Assembly: GCA_037200965.1 (NCBI GenBank)
Contig: JBBCGK010000001.1
Location: 608,001 to 672,000 of the forward strand
Reading direction: 5' to 3'
Length of the DNA: 64,000 bases
Source: a bacterium
GTDB lineage: Bacteria; Patescibacteriota; Minisyncoccia; Phycocordibacterales; Phycocordibacteraceae
Below, piece by piece: positions 38,116 to 48,564 of the stretch. Each line of letters starts with the position of its first letter. Position 1 is the first letter of the stretch. The notes beneath the pieces are model-generated. The model ran no database searches, was not told where the DNA came from, and was given only the letters and a program-made list of their open reading frames with translations. Both the position numbers and the translations under genes were made by a program.

Positions 38116-38973
38116 ATGTCGGATGGTACCAAGTATTTTGTATGGCTGCTGGCCTCCCTTGCGGCTGCTAACGCGTTTCTCGCGTATTCGGCCCTTCGGA
38201 CGCTTCCGTCCGTTCTCACAATTTCATTCCTCAGTGTCGGCGCGGGAGAAGCGATCCTTGTACAAAGTCCCGCGGGAGCCGACATTCTCATCGATGCCGG
38301 GCCGGACGCGTCAATACTTCGCGCGCTCGGAACCGAGCTCGGCCCTTTTGATCGGACGATCGACGCGATACTCGTGACGCACGGAAGCGCCAGCGCGATA
38401 GGCGGTCTTTCCGATGTCTTCAATGACTATCAAGTCCGCTCGTTCTTCTCTTCGGGGGTGAATTATCATTCTTTCGCCGAGGAGGTGTTACGGGATGCAC
38501 TGAAACATGAGCAAGGATTGCAAACCGTCACGCTTGCGCGCGGCGAGCGTATCGATATCGGAGGAGGCGCCTATATCGACGTGCTCTATCCCGACCGGGA
38601 CGTATCGGGAGTCGATAGCGACACCGCCTCGCTTGTACTGCGTATCGTATACGGTGAAACGTCGTTTCTTATCACCGGTGCCGCCCCGTCGGGCGTCGAA
38701 GAATATCTGGTACGGCTCGATGGTGCGCGCCTTAAAAGCGGTGTGCTTCTTGCGGGGGACAGCGGCAAGAAAACCTCGACTTCGGCTACTTTTCTTTCGG
38801 CGGTGCATCCCGATACGGTCGTGATCTCGGTGGATACAGGCAACCGGTTCGGATATCCTCATCAGGAAACGCTCGACCGCATTGTTACGGAGGGCGCAGC
38901 CATAGCGCGGACGGGAGACGGCTCCGTGCGGTTCGTAAGCGACGGGAATACCGTACGGCTTGAAAGCCGATAG
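38116..38973 (+). CDS. ComEC-type metallo-beta-lactamase domain protein (stand-alone, membrane-anchored)
   Basis: N-terminal TM helix, then MBL fold: ILIDAGP, VTHGSASAIGG, D...AGDSGKK. Confidence 0.7.
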   Translation: MSDGTKYFVWLLASLAAANAFLAYSALRTLPSVLTISFLSVGAGEAILVQSPAGADILIDAGPDASILRALGTELGPFDRTIDAILVTHGSASAIGGLSDVFNDYQVRSFFSSGVNYHSFAEEVLRDALKHEQGLQTVTLARGERIDIGGGAYIDVLYPDRDVSGVDSDTASLVLRIVYGETSFLITGAAPSGVEEYLVRLDGARLKSGVLLAGDSGKKTSTSATFLSAVHPDTVVISVDTGNRFGYPHQETLDRIVTEGAAIARTGDGSVRFVSDGNTVRLESR

Positions 38974-38984
38974 GTACTTAATAT

Positions 38985-39931
38985 CGCACTAACATATCGA
39001 ACACTCTTGCAGTCGAGCATACGGCGTCTTGAGCTCGATGCCAAGGTGCGGCCGTTCGTGGTTGTATTCGCGCAGAAAGGCCTGATACTGGGCATTGAGG
39101 TCCTCCATTGAAGCGGGCTTTTTCATGAAGCGCCAGAAGAACTCCTCCTCGTCGGTGCGGAATGACCGCTCGATGACCGCGTTCTCATTCGGGTTCGCCT
39201 TGTGGATGAAATGATGCTTCCAGCCGAGTTCCCCAGTCACGAAGGCGCGGAAGCGGCTCTGGAACTCAAGGCCGTTGTCGGTCTGCACGAAATCCGGTAC
39301 GAACGGCAGCGAAACCGTCCGCAGGGCCTCGATGGAGAAGTCCTGCACGAGCTCGGGGAAGATGACGCCAGCTTTGTATCGGCTCCAAATATCAATGACG
39401 GCATACAGATACAGGGTATGCGGGAGCCCCGACAGCTCGGGCGTCACGTACTTCACATCCATCTGAAGCTTCCCGGGCGCGGTCACGTTCTTGAGATACA
39501 TATGCGTGGTCTCCTGATATCTCGGCCGTCGGTATGACGCGCCTTCCAGTATATGACCTTTCGCTTTGAGGAAGCGATGGATGGTCGCCGGGTGCTCGGA
39601 GAGGCCGAGCAGCACTTTGAGCTTGCGCGCCCCGTATCCTTTCTCTTCGCGCAGGCGCAAGAGCGCCTCAGCCCGCTCTCCCGAGAGCGTCCTGCGGCGA
39701 AGACGCTTCGGTCTTGTCGACTTGCGGACAAGCTGCCGCGTCGAGAGCGCAAACCGGCTCCGGATGCTCCGGGCTCGCTTCTTCCAGAACACCACCGTGC
39801 CCGGAGATATGCCGAGTGTCCGTGCGGTTTCGCGCACCTTTCCTCCCGACTTCTTCAATTTCCTGATGATTTCCCTGGGTTCTTTGCGCATATCCTCCTT
39901 AGTATTAGGGAGTGTTCGATATGCAGTGCGA
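38985..39931 (-). mobile_element. IS481-family insertion sequence
   Basis: Imperfect terminal IRs tcgcactaacatatcgaacactc (38985-) and gggagtgttcgatatgcagtgcga (-39931); single tpase ORF 38989..39891. Confidence 0.75.
38989..39891 (-). CDS. IS481-family DDE transposase
   Basis: N-terminal HTH plus rve integrase core (DNG...E). Confidence 0.8.
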   Translation of the reverse strand: MRKEPREIIRKLKKSGGKVRETARTLGISPGTVVFWKKRARSIRSRFALSTRQLVRKSTRPKRLRRRTLSGERAEALLRLREEKGYGARKLKVLLGLSEHPATIHRFLKAKGHILEGASYRRPRYQETTHMYLKNVTAPGKLQMDVKYVTPELSGLPHTLYLYAVIDIWSRYKAGVIFPELVQDFSIEALRTVSLPFVPDFVQTDNGLEFQSRFRAFVTGELGWKHHFIHKANPNENAVIERSFRTDEEEFFWRFMKKPASMEDLNAQYQAFLREYNHERPHLGIELKTPYARLQECSIC

Positions 39932-40026
39932 CCTTAAGTAGGTATTGCTTTCTTGCTACTATATGCTATAGTGATCCCGGTTCCCGAAAGGGATTTGGCT
40001 GTGTTTTTACAGAAGGAGTACTTTTA

Positions 40027-40446
40027 ATGGCTAGAAGAAGAGCAGGGGAAATCGATGCTTTTATCGGCTCGTGCATTCGAAGCCTGCGCAAACGTGCCGG
40101 GGTTGGTCAGGCAGCGCTTGCCAGACACCTTCATCTGCGCGCCCAACAGCTCCAAAAGTATGAAGCTGGTGCGGACCGTGTAACCGTACAAGTGCTGCTT
40201 GAGATCGCCGCCGCCATCGGCGTCGCTCCCGGGCTTCTCATCCAGGAGATACAAACCGCGACACCGCTCAGTGTTTCCAAGCTCGAAAGCGAATCCGCGA
40301 TCCTGGACTTCGTCATGACGGTCGAGGGACGCGATCTCGTAGCCGCGTTTATGCGCATCGGGAACCCGCAGATGCGTAGGCAATTGATTGGCCTCATCGG
40401 GACGATAGCTGGCGAGGCTGAAATCGCCAAACCGAAATCGTCTTAA
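40027..40446 (+). CDS. XRE-family HTH transcriptional regulator
   Basis: GAAGGAG SD; HTH GVGQAALARHLHLRAQQLQKYEAG. Confidence 0.55.
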   Translation: MARRRAGEIDAFIGSCIRSLRKRAGVGQAALARHLHLRAQQLQKYEAGADRVTVQVLLEIAAAIGVAPGLLIQEIQTATPLSVSKLESESAILDFVMTVEGRDLVAAFMRIGNPQMRRQLIGLIGTIAGEAEIAKPKSS

Positions 40447-40543
40447 GGTTACGGCTCCCGACTCTCCGGATGTTGGGGAGTCGGGAGCTGCCCTACAGTC
40501 AAATCCGCCTCAAGGGCGGATTACTTATTTCCAGGAATTTGAG

Positions 40544-40786
40544 TTAAATCAGGCCCGCTTTCTTAAGCGTCGCGTGCGCGCCGTTCTTCTTGATATGCCG
40601 GAGTCCGTTGATGGAAATGTCTACTTTCACGGTCTTGCCGAGCTCGGGAACGAAGATAGCGCGGCGCTGGAGATTGGCCTTGCGACGAACCTTGCCGGTC
40701 GAGTTGAACTGCGTCGCGCGGGTACGGTTCGAATACCGCCCGCCTACTTGCGTGCTCTTGCCGGTGATTTCGCAGCTCCGTGCCAT
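40544..40786 (-). CDS. rpmB: 50S ribosomal protein L28
   Basis: MARSCEITGKSTQVGGRYSNRTRATQFNSTGKV... Confidence 0.8.
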   Translation of the reverse strand: MARSCEITGKSTQVGGRYSNRTRATQFNSTGKVRRKANLQRRAIFVPELGKTVKVDISINGLRHIKKNGAHATLKKAGLI

Positions 40787-40817
40787 AGTGAACGCATGGT
40801 AGCATAGGTATTCATCT

Positions 40818-41462
40818 ATGCAACCGAGCTTCTTCGAGCCTGTCTTTACGGTCGTCGTGCTTATCCTCTCAGTCGTCATCCACGAGGTATCGCACGGCTA
40901 TGCGGCCTATTCGCTCGGCGATCCGACCGCGAAGCTCCAGGGCCGTCTCACGCTGAATCCCCTCAAGCACATCGATCCGGTCGGCTCGGTGCTCATTCCG
41001 ATGTTCCTCGTCCTTACGGGCGCGGGCGTTCTCTTCGGTTGGGCGAAGCCGGTTCCGTATAATCCGTACAACCTGAGAAACCAGCGGTGGGGCGAGGCGA
41101 TCGTCGCCGTCGCGGGCTCGGCGTCCAATATCGCGCTCGCGATAATTTTCGGACTCATCGCGCGTTTTGCGTTCCTCGACCCGTCGCTCGCATCGTTTGC
41201 GATGTTCGCGGGTACGGTGGCGTTCGTGAATCTTTTCCTCGGTCTTTTCAATCTGCTCCCGATTCCCCCCATGGATGGGTACACAGTATTGCGTGGCATC
41301 GTCCCCTACCGTCTCTCGTACGGCCTGCGCCAGTTCGAGGACCGCATCCATTCCCTCGGCTCGACCGGCATCTTCGGCATCCTTCTCATTTTCGTTCTCT
41401 TCCTCTCCGGTCCGTTTTATCTGTTCGTGTCGTTGGTGTTCGGGCTGTTGGTGGGGCAGTAA
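40818..41462 (+). CDS. site-2 protease family (M50) zinc metalloprotease
   Basis: HEVSHG HExxH motif and NLLPIPPMDG LDG-like motif in a polytopic membrane protein. Confidence 0.75.
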   Translation: MQPSFFEPVFTVVVLILSVVIHEVSHGYAAYSLGDPTAKLQGRLTLNPLKHIDPVGSVLIPMFLVLTGAGVLFGWAKPVPYNPYNLRNQRWGEAIVAVAGSASNIALAIIFGLIARFAFLDPSLASFAMFAGTVAFVNLFLGLFNLLPIPPMDGYTVLRGIVPYRLSYGLRQFEDRIHSLGSTGIFGILLIFVLFLSGPFYLFVSLVFGLLVGQ

Positions 41463-41468
41463 AACGGC

Positions 41469-42062
41469 ATGGAGCTCAGTCTTCTGACTTTCCAGCATAT
41501 TTCAGGAGCGATAGCCGTCATTCTTGGCGCTGCGGGGTACGTCTTTTACGCGCAGGGCATTTATCAGGGCTCGGTCAAACCGCATTTTTTCTCCTGGTTT
41601 GTCTGGGGCATTTTGACCGCGACGGCATTCGCGGCCCAGGTGGTAAGCGGAGGAGGGGCTGGAACCTGGGTAACAGGCTTTACGGCGCTTGCATGCCTGT
41701 GCTTCGCTTTGGTCGGGTTGGGCGCATCGTCTCGCAGCCTGATTACGAAAAGCGACTGGATATTTTTTATCGCCGCGCTTCTCGCTATCCCCGTATGGTA
41801 TGTTACGGGCGATCCCCTCTGGTCGGTCATATTAATTACCGTCACTGATGCAGTCGCGTTCGTTCCGACGTTTCGCAAAGGATATATGCATCCAGAGACC
41901 GAAAGCGCGGCGACCTATGCTTTATCGGGCATCAAGTTTATTTTCGGTATTCTCGCCCTGCAGGCCTTTTCGGTTACGACCGTTTTGTATCCCGCATCTC
42001 TGATAGTCGCCAACGGAGTTTTCGTCCTAGTGCTTTTCTGGAGAAAGTTCCCTCACAAATGA
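41469..42062 (+). CDS. integral membrane protein, function unknown
   Basis: ~6 predicted TM helices. Confidence 0.4.
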   Translation: MELSLLTFQHISGAIAVILGAAGYVFYAQGIYQGSVKPHFFSWFVWGILTATAFAAQVVSGGGAGTWVTGFTALACLCFALVGLGASSRSLITKSDWIFFIAALLAIPVWYVTGDPLWSVILITVTDAVAFVPTFRKGYMHPETESAATYALSGIKFIFGILALQAFSVTTVLYPASLIVANGVFVLVLFWRKFPHK

Positions 42063-42068
42063 GTTTCT

Positions 42069-42458
42069 ATGATGCACATCAAATACAAGCTCGATACGTC
42101 GAAGCTCCACGGCATCGGATTATTTGCCGCCGAGAACGTACAGAAAGGACAACTCGTTTATACCGCAAGTCCGGTACTTGACCTCAACATAACGCAGGAG
42201 CAATTCGATGCGCTAAACGAATCGGAACAGCAGGAAATACGGTGGTGGGGATTCGAGGTCGAACCGGGAATCTGGCATGTCGACTTCGACGTCTCAAAAT
42301 TCATTAATCATTCCTACGATTCCACCGTGACCCAGGATCAACATACTAAAGAGGCGCATCTGATAGCGGTGCGGGATATCGAAGCGGGGGAGGAGCTCAC
42401 GCAGAATTATTTGGAATTCGAGTCCGCGGAGGATTTGCAGCGGAGAGGGATTGAGTAG
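42069..42458 (+). CDS. SET-domain protein (putative lysine methyltransferase)
   Basis: GIGLFA, NHSYDST and ELTQNY motifs. Confidence 0.6.
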   Translation: MMHIKYKLDTSKLHGIGLFAAENVQKGQLVYTASPVLDLNITQEQFDALNESEQQEIRWWGFEVEPGIWHVDFDVSKFINHSYDSTVTQDQHTKEAHLIAVRDIEAGEELTQNYLEFESAEDLQRRGIE

Positions 42459-42595
42459 CGGTTCAGTGGAGTCACGAAAACTATCGTGTCGGGTATTCTA
42501 CCGACACACGGTCAATCAGTATGGTAGATGCATGTCGGTGAGCGTTCCAACAAGGATTAAGTTCATTCTATGTTAGAACGGTATATACTAGATTC

Positions 42596-43230
42596 ATGAA
42601 GGAATTCGTACCTACATCACGCGCGAAAAATCCGGAGCCCGATACTTCAGATATCGCCGAATGGCTTGAAGGCGAATCAAGGGAGGTGCGCGCGCTCTTT
42701 AATCAGCTGCCGCGTCCGCTTTGGAGACGGCATTATCAGGCCATAGAGGATCGTATCGCGGCGAGTCCAGACCTCAACCCTGAAGCGCTAGCGCAAGAGA
42801 AGCTTGGGTATCTCTTAGGAGTAGTGGAAGCCAGGAGAGTAAGTCTGGAAGAGTTCAAGTCGACCGATCCGCATTTTCGGGAGTTGATAGCCGAACCTAA
42901 ATTCGGTGAGAGACTGCAGGGATTGCTTGAGTCTCCGGAAGAGACGCTCGGCGCCGGACAAACTGCGCGCGTAAAGCGACTTAGCCTTGCCGGCGAACGT
43001 AACGCTGCGGTGAAGTACCTCCTCACCCCCACACAAAAAACTCTCTCGGCAGAAGGAGAGCATGACATGCTGTGGGAAGTTGATACGGTGACGCATATCG
43101 AAGAGGAAGAACACAAAATAGGCGCGGGCTCCAGAATCCGCGTACCGCACCCATACTTTTACTACAAGAACGAAAAGCTCCAATGTTATGGCATGGAAGA
43201 AATTAAAGGTCAAACCATCGAGCGGTACAT
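42596..43230 (+). pseudogene. N-terminal part of a protein-kinase-like gene, interrupted by IS30
   Basis: N-lobe features (AVKYL lysine, hinge-like region); the frame runs into IS30 sequence at ~43230. Confidence 0.5.
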
Positions 43231-44318
43231 TCAAGAATATATCGCAACACCCGTATCCCTCCAGAATACTTCCTCGGGCGTCAGCCCGCCATGGCGCTTG
43301 CGTGGTCGGGTATTGATGAGGCGTTCCGCTCGAGCAAGCTCCTCGTCAGAGACCAAACTCCAGTCGGTCTTCTTTGGGAAAAATCGACGGGCTAGACCAT
43401 TCGCGTTCTCGTTTGAGCCGCGCTCGCACGAGCTGTATGGATGGGCGAAGAATATATCCATGTCGAGTGCTTCTTTGACTTCTTCCCACCGCACGTTCTC
43501 CGTACCGCGGTCTCGCGTGAGCGTCTTGCGCACGCGCTTTGGAAGAGCGGAGAGCCGTTTGATGAGTGCCTCGTCGCAGACAACGGCCGTACCATCCTTG
43601 GCCTTCTCAAAGAAGGTCACACCGCTCCTGCGCTCGGTCATACTTTTGACACGGTCGGTTGATTGCCTCGACACCATGGTGTCGTCTTCCCAGTCACCGA
43701 TGCGGGAGCGTTCGTTCACCACCTCGGGACGCGCTTCGATTGAGGGCAACGCCTCATTCCGTGCCATTCTGCGGGCTTTCCTGAAGCCCTGCTTCGCACG
43801 CGCCTTGTGGCGACGTGCCAAATGCGGCCGCAGATCGGTCTCTCCGGGCTTCACCGATCCTCGGCCCTTGCGATGTATCCTGCGGTATACCTCCTGGTAT
43901 ACCGCTTCGGTTGAGATGCGCATGGAAGGGTCGTCGGGGTATTCAAGTGGCAGTCGTATATGCACTTGCTCGGGAGACCATTTCTTTTCCCGCATCTTCT
44001 CCTCGACGTACGCTTTGAGTGTTGGGGTACGCTTCATTTTTGGCGTGTTGCCTCGCTTGCCAATGCGTTCTTGCGCTTTTGCGTGTGCCGCTTCAGCTCG
44101 ATACCGCCCCATCCCTTTGCGCGGTTTCCCCGCAAGCTCGCGGGAGACCGAGCTCTTGTTGCGGCCGAGTTCCGTGGCCATGTCCGTGACGCTCTTTGCG
44201 TCCTTGCGCCATCTGACTTCGATGATGCTTCGTTCGCGGAGCGTGAACGGTCCCTTGTTTTGTGCCATATCCAATTAGCCTAGTCTGCTAATTGGGTGTT
44301 GCAATTAATTCTGGAACT
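43229..44318 (-). mobile_element. IS30-family insertion sequence (copy 1)
   Basis: Tpase 43231..44274; terminal IRs gggtgttgcgatatattctt (left, minus) and gggtgttgcaattaattctgg (right), 17/21 matches. Confidence 0.75.
43231..44274 (-). CDS. IS30-family DDE transposase
   Basis: N-terminal HTH; DDE domain with ...RPRKRHGGLTPEEVF C-terminus. Confidence 0.8.
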   Translation of the reverse strand: MDMAQNKGPFTLRERSIIEVRWRKDAKSVTDMATELGRNKSSVSRELAGKPRKGMGRYRAEAAHAKAQERIGKRGNTPKMKRTPTLKAYVEEKMREKKWSPEQVHIRLPLEYPDDPSMRISTEAVYQEVYRRIHRKGRGSVKPGETDLRPHLARRHKARAKQGFRKARRMARNEALPSIEARPEVVNERSRIGDWEDDTMVSRQSTDRVKSMTERRSGVTFFEKAKDGTAVVCDEALIKRLSALPKRVRKTLTRDRGTENVRWEEVKEALDMDIFFAHPYSSCERGSNENANGLARRFFPKKTDWSLVSDEELARAERLINTRPRKRHGGLTPEEVFWRDTGVAIYS

Positions 44319-44393
44319 TAGGAGCAGCTTCTAAGTACCGGTACACCGAATACGCTTGCCGAGACTGAACAACGCGAAGCGGTCTGGAAAGCC

Positions 44394-44690
44394 TTGCGAC
44401 GCAGATACTCGGATCCGCAAGAGCAGGCATCTCTGCATACAGAACTCGACAAGTTTGTATTCGCGGTACACACCGTATGTCTTCATGGGGATATCAAGCT
44501 CGCGAATATGATGGTAGACGGAGAAGGCACCATCTACCTTATCGACTTTGGACAGTCGATAGACATGAACGCCATGAACGACAAAGCCCGCGAGCAGTTC
44601 GAGAATTTACAGGTTCTCGAACGCGACCAGGTTAAATTCTGCATTCGCTCACTCCTTGACGGCATAACGCGCCCAAAGCCCACTGTTTAA
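44394..44690 (+). pseudogene. C-terminal part of the kinase-like gene (catalytic loop + DFG)
   Basis: HGDIKLANMMVD and IYLIDFGQS. Confidence 0.5.
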
Positions 44691-47311
44691 TCTTGAAGGT
44701 ACGGGAACCGTACCTAGTGGACCTCATCTCCAAGCTAAGATACGATCCCGAGAATACGCGCAGCAAACGTAAAAGCTTCTGCCAAATCGCTTTTAGCCAA
44801 AATACGAATTGACGGAAGGCGGTATCGTCAAACGCCCCATAAACGGACGCGGTTTGCGTTTGACGAACCACGTTCGCAGTTCCTGCACGTTCCTGTCTTT
44901 GAATCGGCGTATTTTCGATTGGCATTGATTTTATTTCTTGGGCAACGAGCGCAACTTCTTTGCGCGCTGGATTGACCACCGGACTTCCGGGAATAAGCGA
45001 AATCGCTGTTGTCGCCGTCGCGTGGGAAGCGGCACTTTCGGAAGAACGCCTGCCAACATCCGATACGGAAGACGTCGTAGTCGGCTGAAGCGAATTAGCG
45101 GAATATGGTACTGCCTCACCAAGCCGCGGAGTGATCTCGATATCGACCATGCCGTCGCCGTCTTCGTCAACTATAAGCGCGCTGGCGTGTCTCAGGTCAC
45201 CCGCAACTTTCATTGATGCTCTCGTGCGCTCGCGTACAGGCACCCCGTATATCGTGCTTGATGCGATAACACGGTCTCCTTCCTGTTCCTCAAGATCGAC
45301 CGAGAATGTTCCGGAACCGGTACCGCGAAGTTCGATTTCATAGTTCCGGCCCGCGGGGACGATACTATACTTGACCTCTCCGAATTCCCCGTACGTCGAA
45401 CCCGGAATATCCTCCCGTATCCTGCCGTCGTCGGTAAGGCCGGTGCGGCGTCCGCGCCCATCGGATACTTCGAGCGCGAGCGGGGAATGCAGAAAGAAGA
45501 GGAGTTTCTTCGCGGTCGGGAGTACGGGTTCGGTCGTGACGATCGAAGCCGGTGTTTCTTCGGTATTTGTAAGGATGCTCTCGATGAAAGCGCGCACGTC
45601 CGGATGCTCGAAGATGGTTCCGTGGTCGCTGTCGCTTCCTGCGAGATCTATCCAGTATTTCCTTGCTCCCGTATCCATCATGAGCGCGCTTATGCTCGGC
45701 ACGACGCCGTCGCCTCTGGGGGTGAAGAGCGGACGATATTCGCGAAGCGCGGGAGTTTCGGCACCGATAGGCCCGGCGAACGTGCGGGGGAGCGTATAGA
45801 AGTCGATACCGGAGACCGTTGAATCGACGCCGAAGCCCGCGAGCTCGTAGACGGCCGTGCCCGCGGGCGGCTGCCATGCGTCGATCGAGTCGTGCGTGGC
45901 GGAAGCATAGGCAAGAAGCGATTCGTTCGCATTATTCGCGGAGAGAAATTCCGCGAGTTCGTCTTCGCGGTTGAGAATTTCTCCATACGCATCTTCTTCC
46001 GCCGCATACGCCTCTCCTTCGAACTGTCCTACGGGGAGATCGGAGTCGCTAAAGTACGCCTCCGAAGGCAGGAGGTGGTATGCCATCGGCGCGTTCTGCG
46101 CGAATTCGCGCGCCGCGTCGGCGGAGACCACCGGAACGATGCCGTTAAGCGCCGCGATGCCCTGGTTGAGCCCGTAGAGGAGCGCGCCGACCGCTCCCGG
46201 CGCGCCGCTTTGCGGTACCCCGACAAGAATGACCTTGTCGATAAGCCGGGCGGTTTCCTCGCCTCCGAGCTTTTCCATGAGCGCTTTCGCGACCAGGCCG
46301 CCGTTGCTGTGCGCGATGACCGTCACCCGTCCGCTCTTTGATGTCGCCGCAAGCGAATGAAGCGTCTGTTCTATATACGGGGTGCTCGTCGCTTCTTCAT
46401 AGAAGATCATTCCGTCGCGCAGGGTGCCGTGTTCGATAATGTCCGGAAGCGACAGGCGCCAGTCGTAGGCGGCAGCTTTCCAGTCGCGTATCGTTCCCGC
46501 GCTTTTGAGCGCATCCATTTCATCCATGAAAGAGGCGTAGAAACGGTTGCCGTCGGCTTCGTCGATAACATCGCTTTCTTTGGCGTACAGATCGCTCCGC
46601 GCACTCTTTCCCGCGCCGTTAAGCGACAAGCTTTTCATCCGCTCGTTACCGATCCCGCCGAGAATATCGGCGATCGAATCGTTTTCCCCGATCGACCGGT
46701 TCCCAAAGCTTTCCTTCGGGTCCGTAGAGACGGCTGCCCTCGATGCCGGGAAGGAACAAGACATTCGATACTCCCGGCAGGGGAGGAGGCTCGGGGGTAT
46801 CCGGCTGCTTCACGGCTATCGCGGTGCTTGTCGCGGTTGCCATATACCCGGCCTCGTCCTCGACTGTCACCACCGCAACGACTGCCGCCGCATCCGGGCC
46901 AAGCGCGGGAATATTCATGGGTATGTTCTCAAGCGCTACGACGCCCTCTTCCGCAAACGCGCCCGTCATGGAATGAACCTGGCTCGCGATCGGTCCGTGA
47001 TACGCGCCGCTCCGGTCTATCGCGTACTGATAAATGATTGCGGACTTGAACGGAGAGAAAGTATCGTGCGCGAATCCTGCCAACATCGCACCCCACACGA
47101 TGCCGGGCTCTATCTCGCGGCCGTTCGTCGTATGGAAGTCGGTCAAAGTGACGGATATATCCGGCGTGGAAGTTGCGGCTGCCTCGACAGAGATTGCTTC
47201 AAGGGACAGGCTATCGGGCGAAGTGGCTTCCTCGGCATGCGCGGTAGCCGCAAAACCGCAAAGGAACAGCATGACTGACGCATATAACAGACCGCGCAAG
47301 AACATTCGCAT
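44632..47311 (-). pseudogene. secreted LCAT/PGAP1-like alpha/beta-hydrolase (lipase) gene with a frameshift at a T4C4 run (~46684-46691)
   Basis: N-terminal signal peptide plus VLFLPGIEGSRLY in ORF 46646..47311. GHSNGG nucleophile elbow (IAHSNGG) and APYDWR-like motif in ORF 44632..46764. The two frames join if one G is dropped in the minus-strand GGGGAAAA run. Confidence 0.55.
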
Positions 47312-47439
47312 AGGCGAACGCTAGCAGGGAGCGAATAAGATTTTCTTAAAAGCCCGTGCGGACGAGCGGCCAAGACCGACACCGCATTATCTGTTCTTGA
47401 ACTCAATGGCGTACGATAAGCACACACGTAATCAATCGT

Positions 47440-47913
47440 ATGGGTGTTTTATCTCGATACAAGAAAATGTTGGCTGACGCAGGTGTTTTCTATAAAAAGA
47501 TAGGCAAGATCGTGTGCCCATATTTCGGGCATGAAATACCTTTCAATTCTGACGGTTTCCATCACCTCCAGTTTTCTGCCGACCGGGAACGAGATAAGAA
47601 AGAACAGATGCTGAAGTTCAGTTTGCTCCCCGCAGCACCACGCATCTTGAAAAACTCGGGTACCGTACAGGAACATCGAAAGACAATGGAAATCGAGAAC
47701 ATCGGTCGTTATTCAAAGAATGGCAAGCGAATGGTCGAGGTTGAGTATTGGGGTTTCGTTGCGATTGTCGGTGCCAGGGATCCGTTGCGCATAAAAGTGA
47801 TAGTACGGCGTGTCGGCACGGGACAGGTTCATTTCTGGAGTATTATGCCCGCGCAGCGCATGGGCGAAGACGCGTATCTCAAGGTCGGCAGCAAGGACAT
47901 GCAAGACGGCTAA
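47440..47913 (+). CDS. hypothetical protein
   Basis: 157-aa ORF followed by a strong terminator. Confidence 0.4.
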   Translation: MGVLSRYKKMLADAGVFYKKIGKIVCPYFGHEIPFNSDGFHHLQFSADRERDKKEQMLKFSLLPAAPRILKNSGTVQEHRKTMEIENIGRYSKNGKRMVEVEYWGFVAIVGARDPLRIKVIVRRVGTGQVHFWSIMPAQRMGEDAYLKVGSKDMQDG

Positions 47914-47923
47914 AGGCACATCA

Positions 47924-47952
47924 AAAAGCCCCGCATATGCGGGGCTTTTTGA
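47924..47952 (+). terminator. rho-independent terminator
   Basis: aaaagccccgcatatgcggggcttttt. Confidence 0.65.
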
Positions 47953-48151
47953 TGTGCCTGCCTTCAGCTTACGTATTTTAGCTGAACGGGCCTTGCGGCC
48001 ACAGGCACGGGGCGATTATACCCCAGCAGCATGAAGTTCCCAAGTAAGGTGTGAATTGCTCATAGTACGTAGGTTGCCTGCGGTGGTATTGCGTTTATGC
48101 GCCCTCTCTTATATAGTCTCCTTGACCCGCTTGCGGGTCGTATTTTCGTAA

Positions 48152-48559
48152 ATGTCTACCATAAACCAGCTCGCGAAGAAGCGCCGCAAGGATAAGACGA
48201 GGAAGACCACGGTCCTCGCTCTTGGCCGCGGCTTTAACGCGCTCGAGAACCGCCCGACCTACTATTCCTCGCCCTTCAAGCGCGGCGTTTGCACCAAGGT
48301 GACCACGAAAACTCCAAGGAAGCCGAACTCGGCCGTCCGCAAGATCGCGCGCGTGAGGCTCACGAACGGCATGGAGGTCACCGCGTATATCCCCGGAGAA
48401 GGGCACAACCTCCAGGAGCACTCGGTGGTGCTGCTTCGCGGCGGCCGCGTGAAGGACATCGGCGTCCAGTACACGATCGTGCGCGGCAAGCTCGACACCG
48501 CGGGCCTCGAGAAGCGCCGCCGCTCGCGCTCCCGCTACGGCGCGAAGAAGCCTAAATAA
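48152..48559 (+). CDS. rpsL: 30S ribosomal protein S12
   Basis: PNSA, ...[13 protein letters not shown]..., RGG..DLPGV-like motifs. Confidence 0.9.
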   Translation: MSTINQLAKKRRKDKTRKTTVLALGRGFNALENRPTYYSSPFKRGVCTKVTTKTPRKPNSAVRKIARVRLTNGMEVTAYIPGEGHNLQEHSVVLLRGGRVKDIGVQYTIVRGKLDTAGLEKRRRSRSRYGAKKPK

Positions 48560-48564
48560 TTTCC

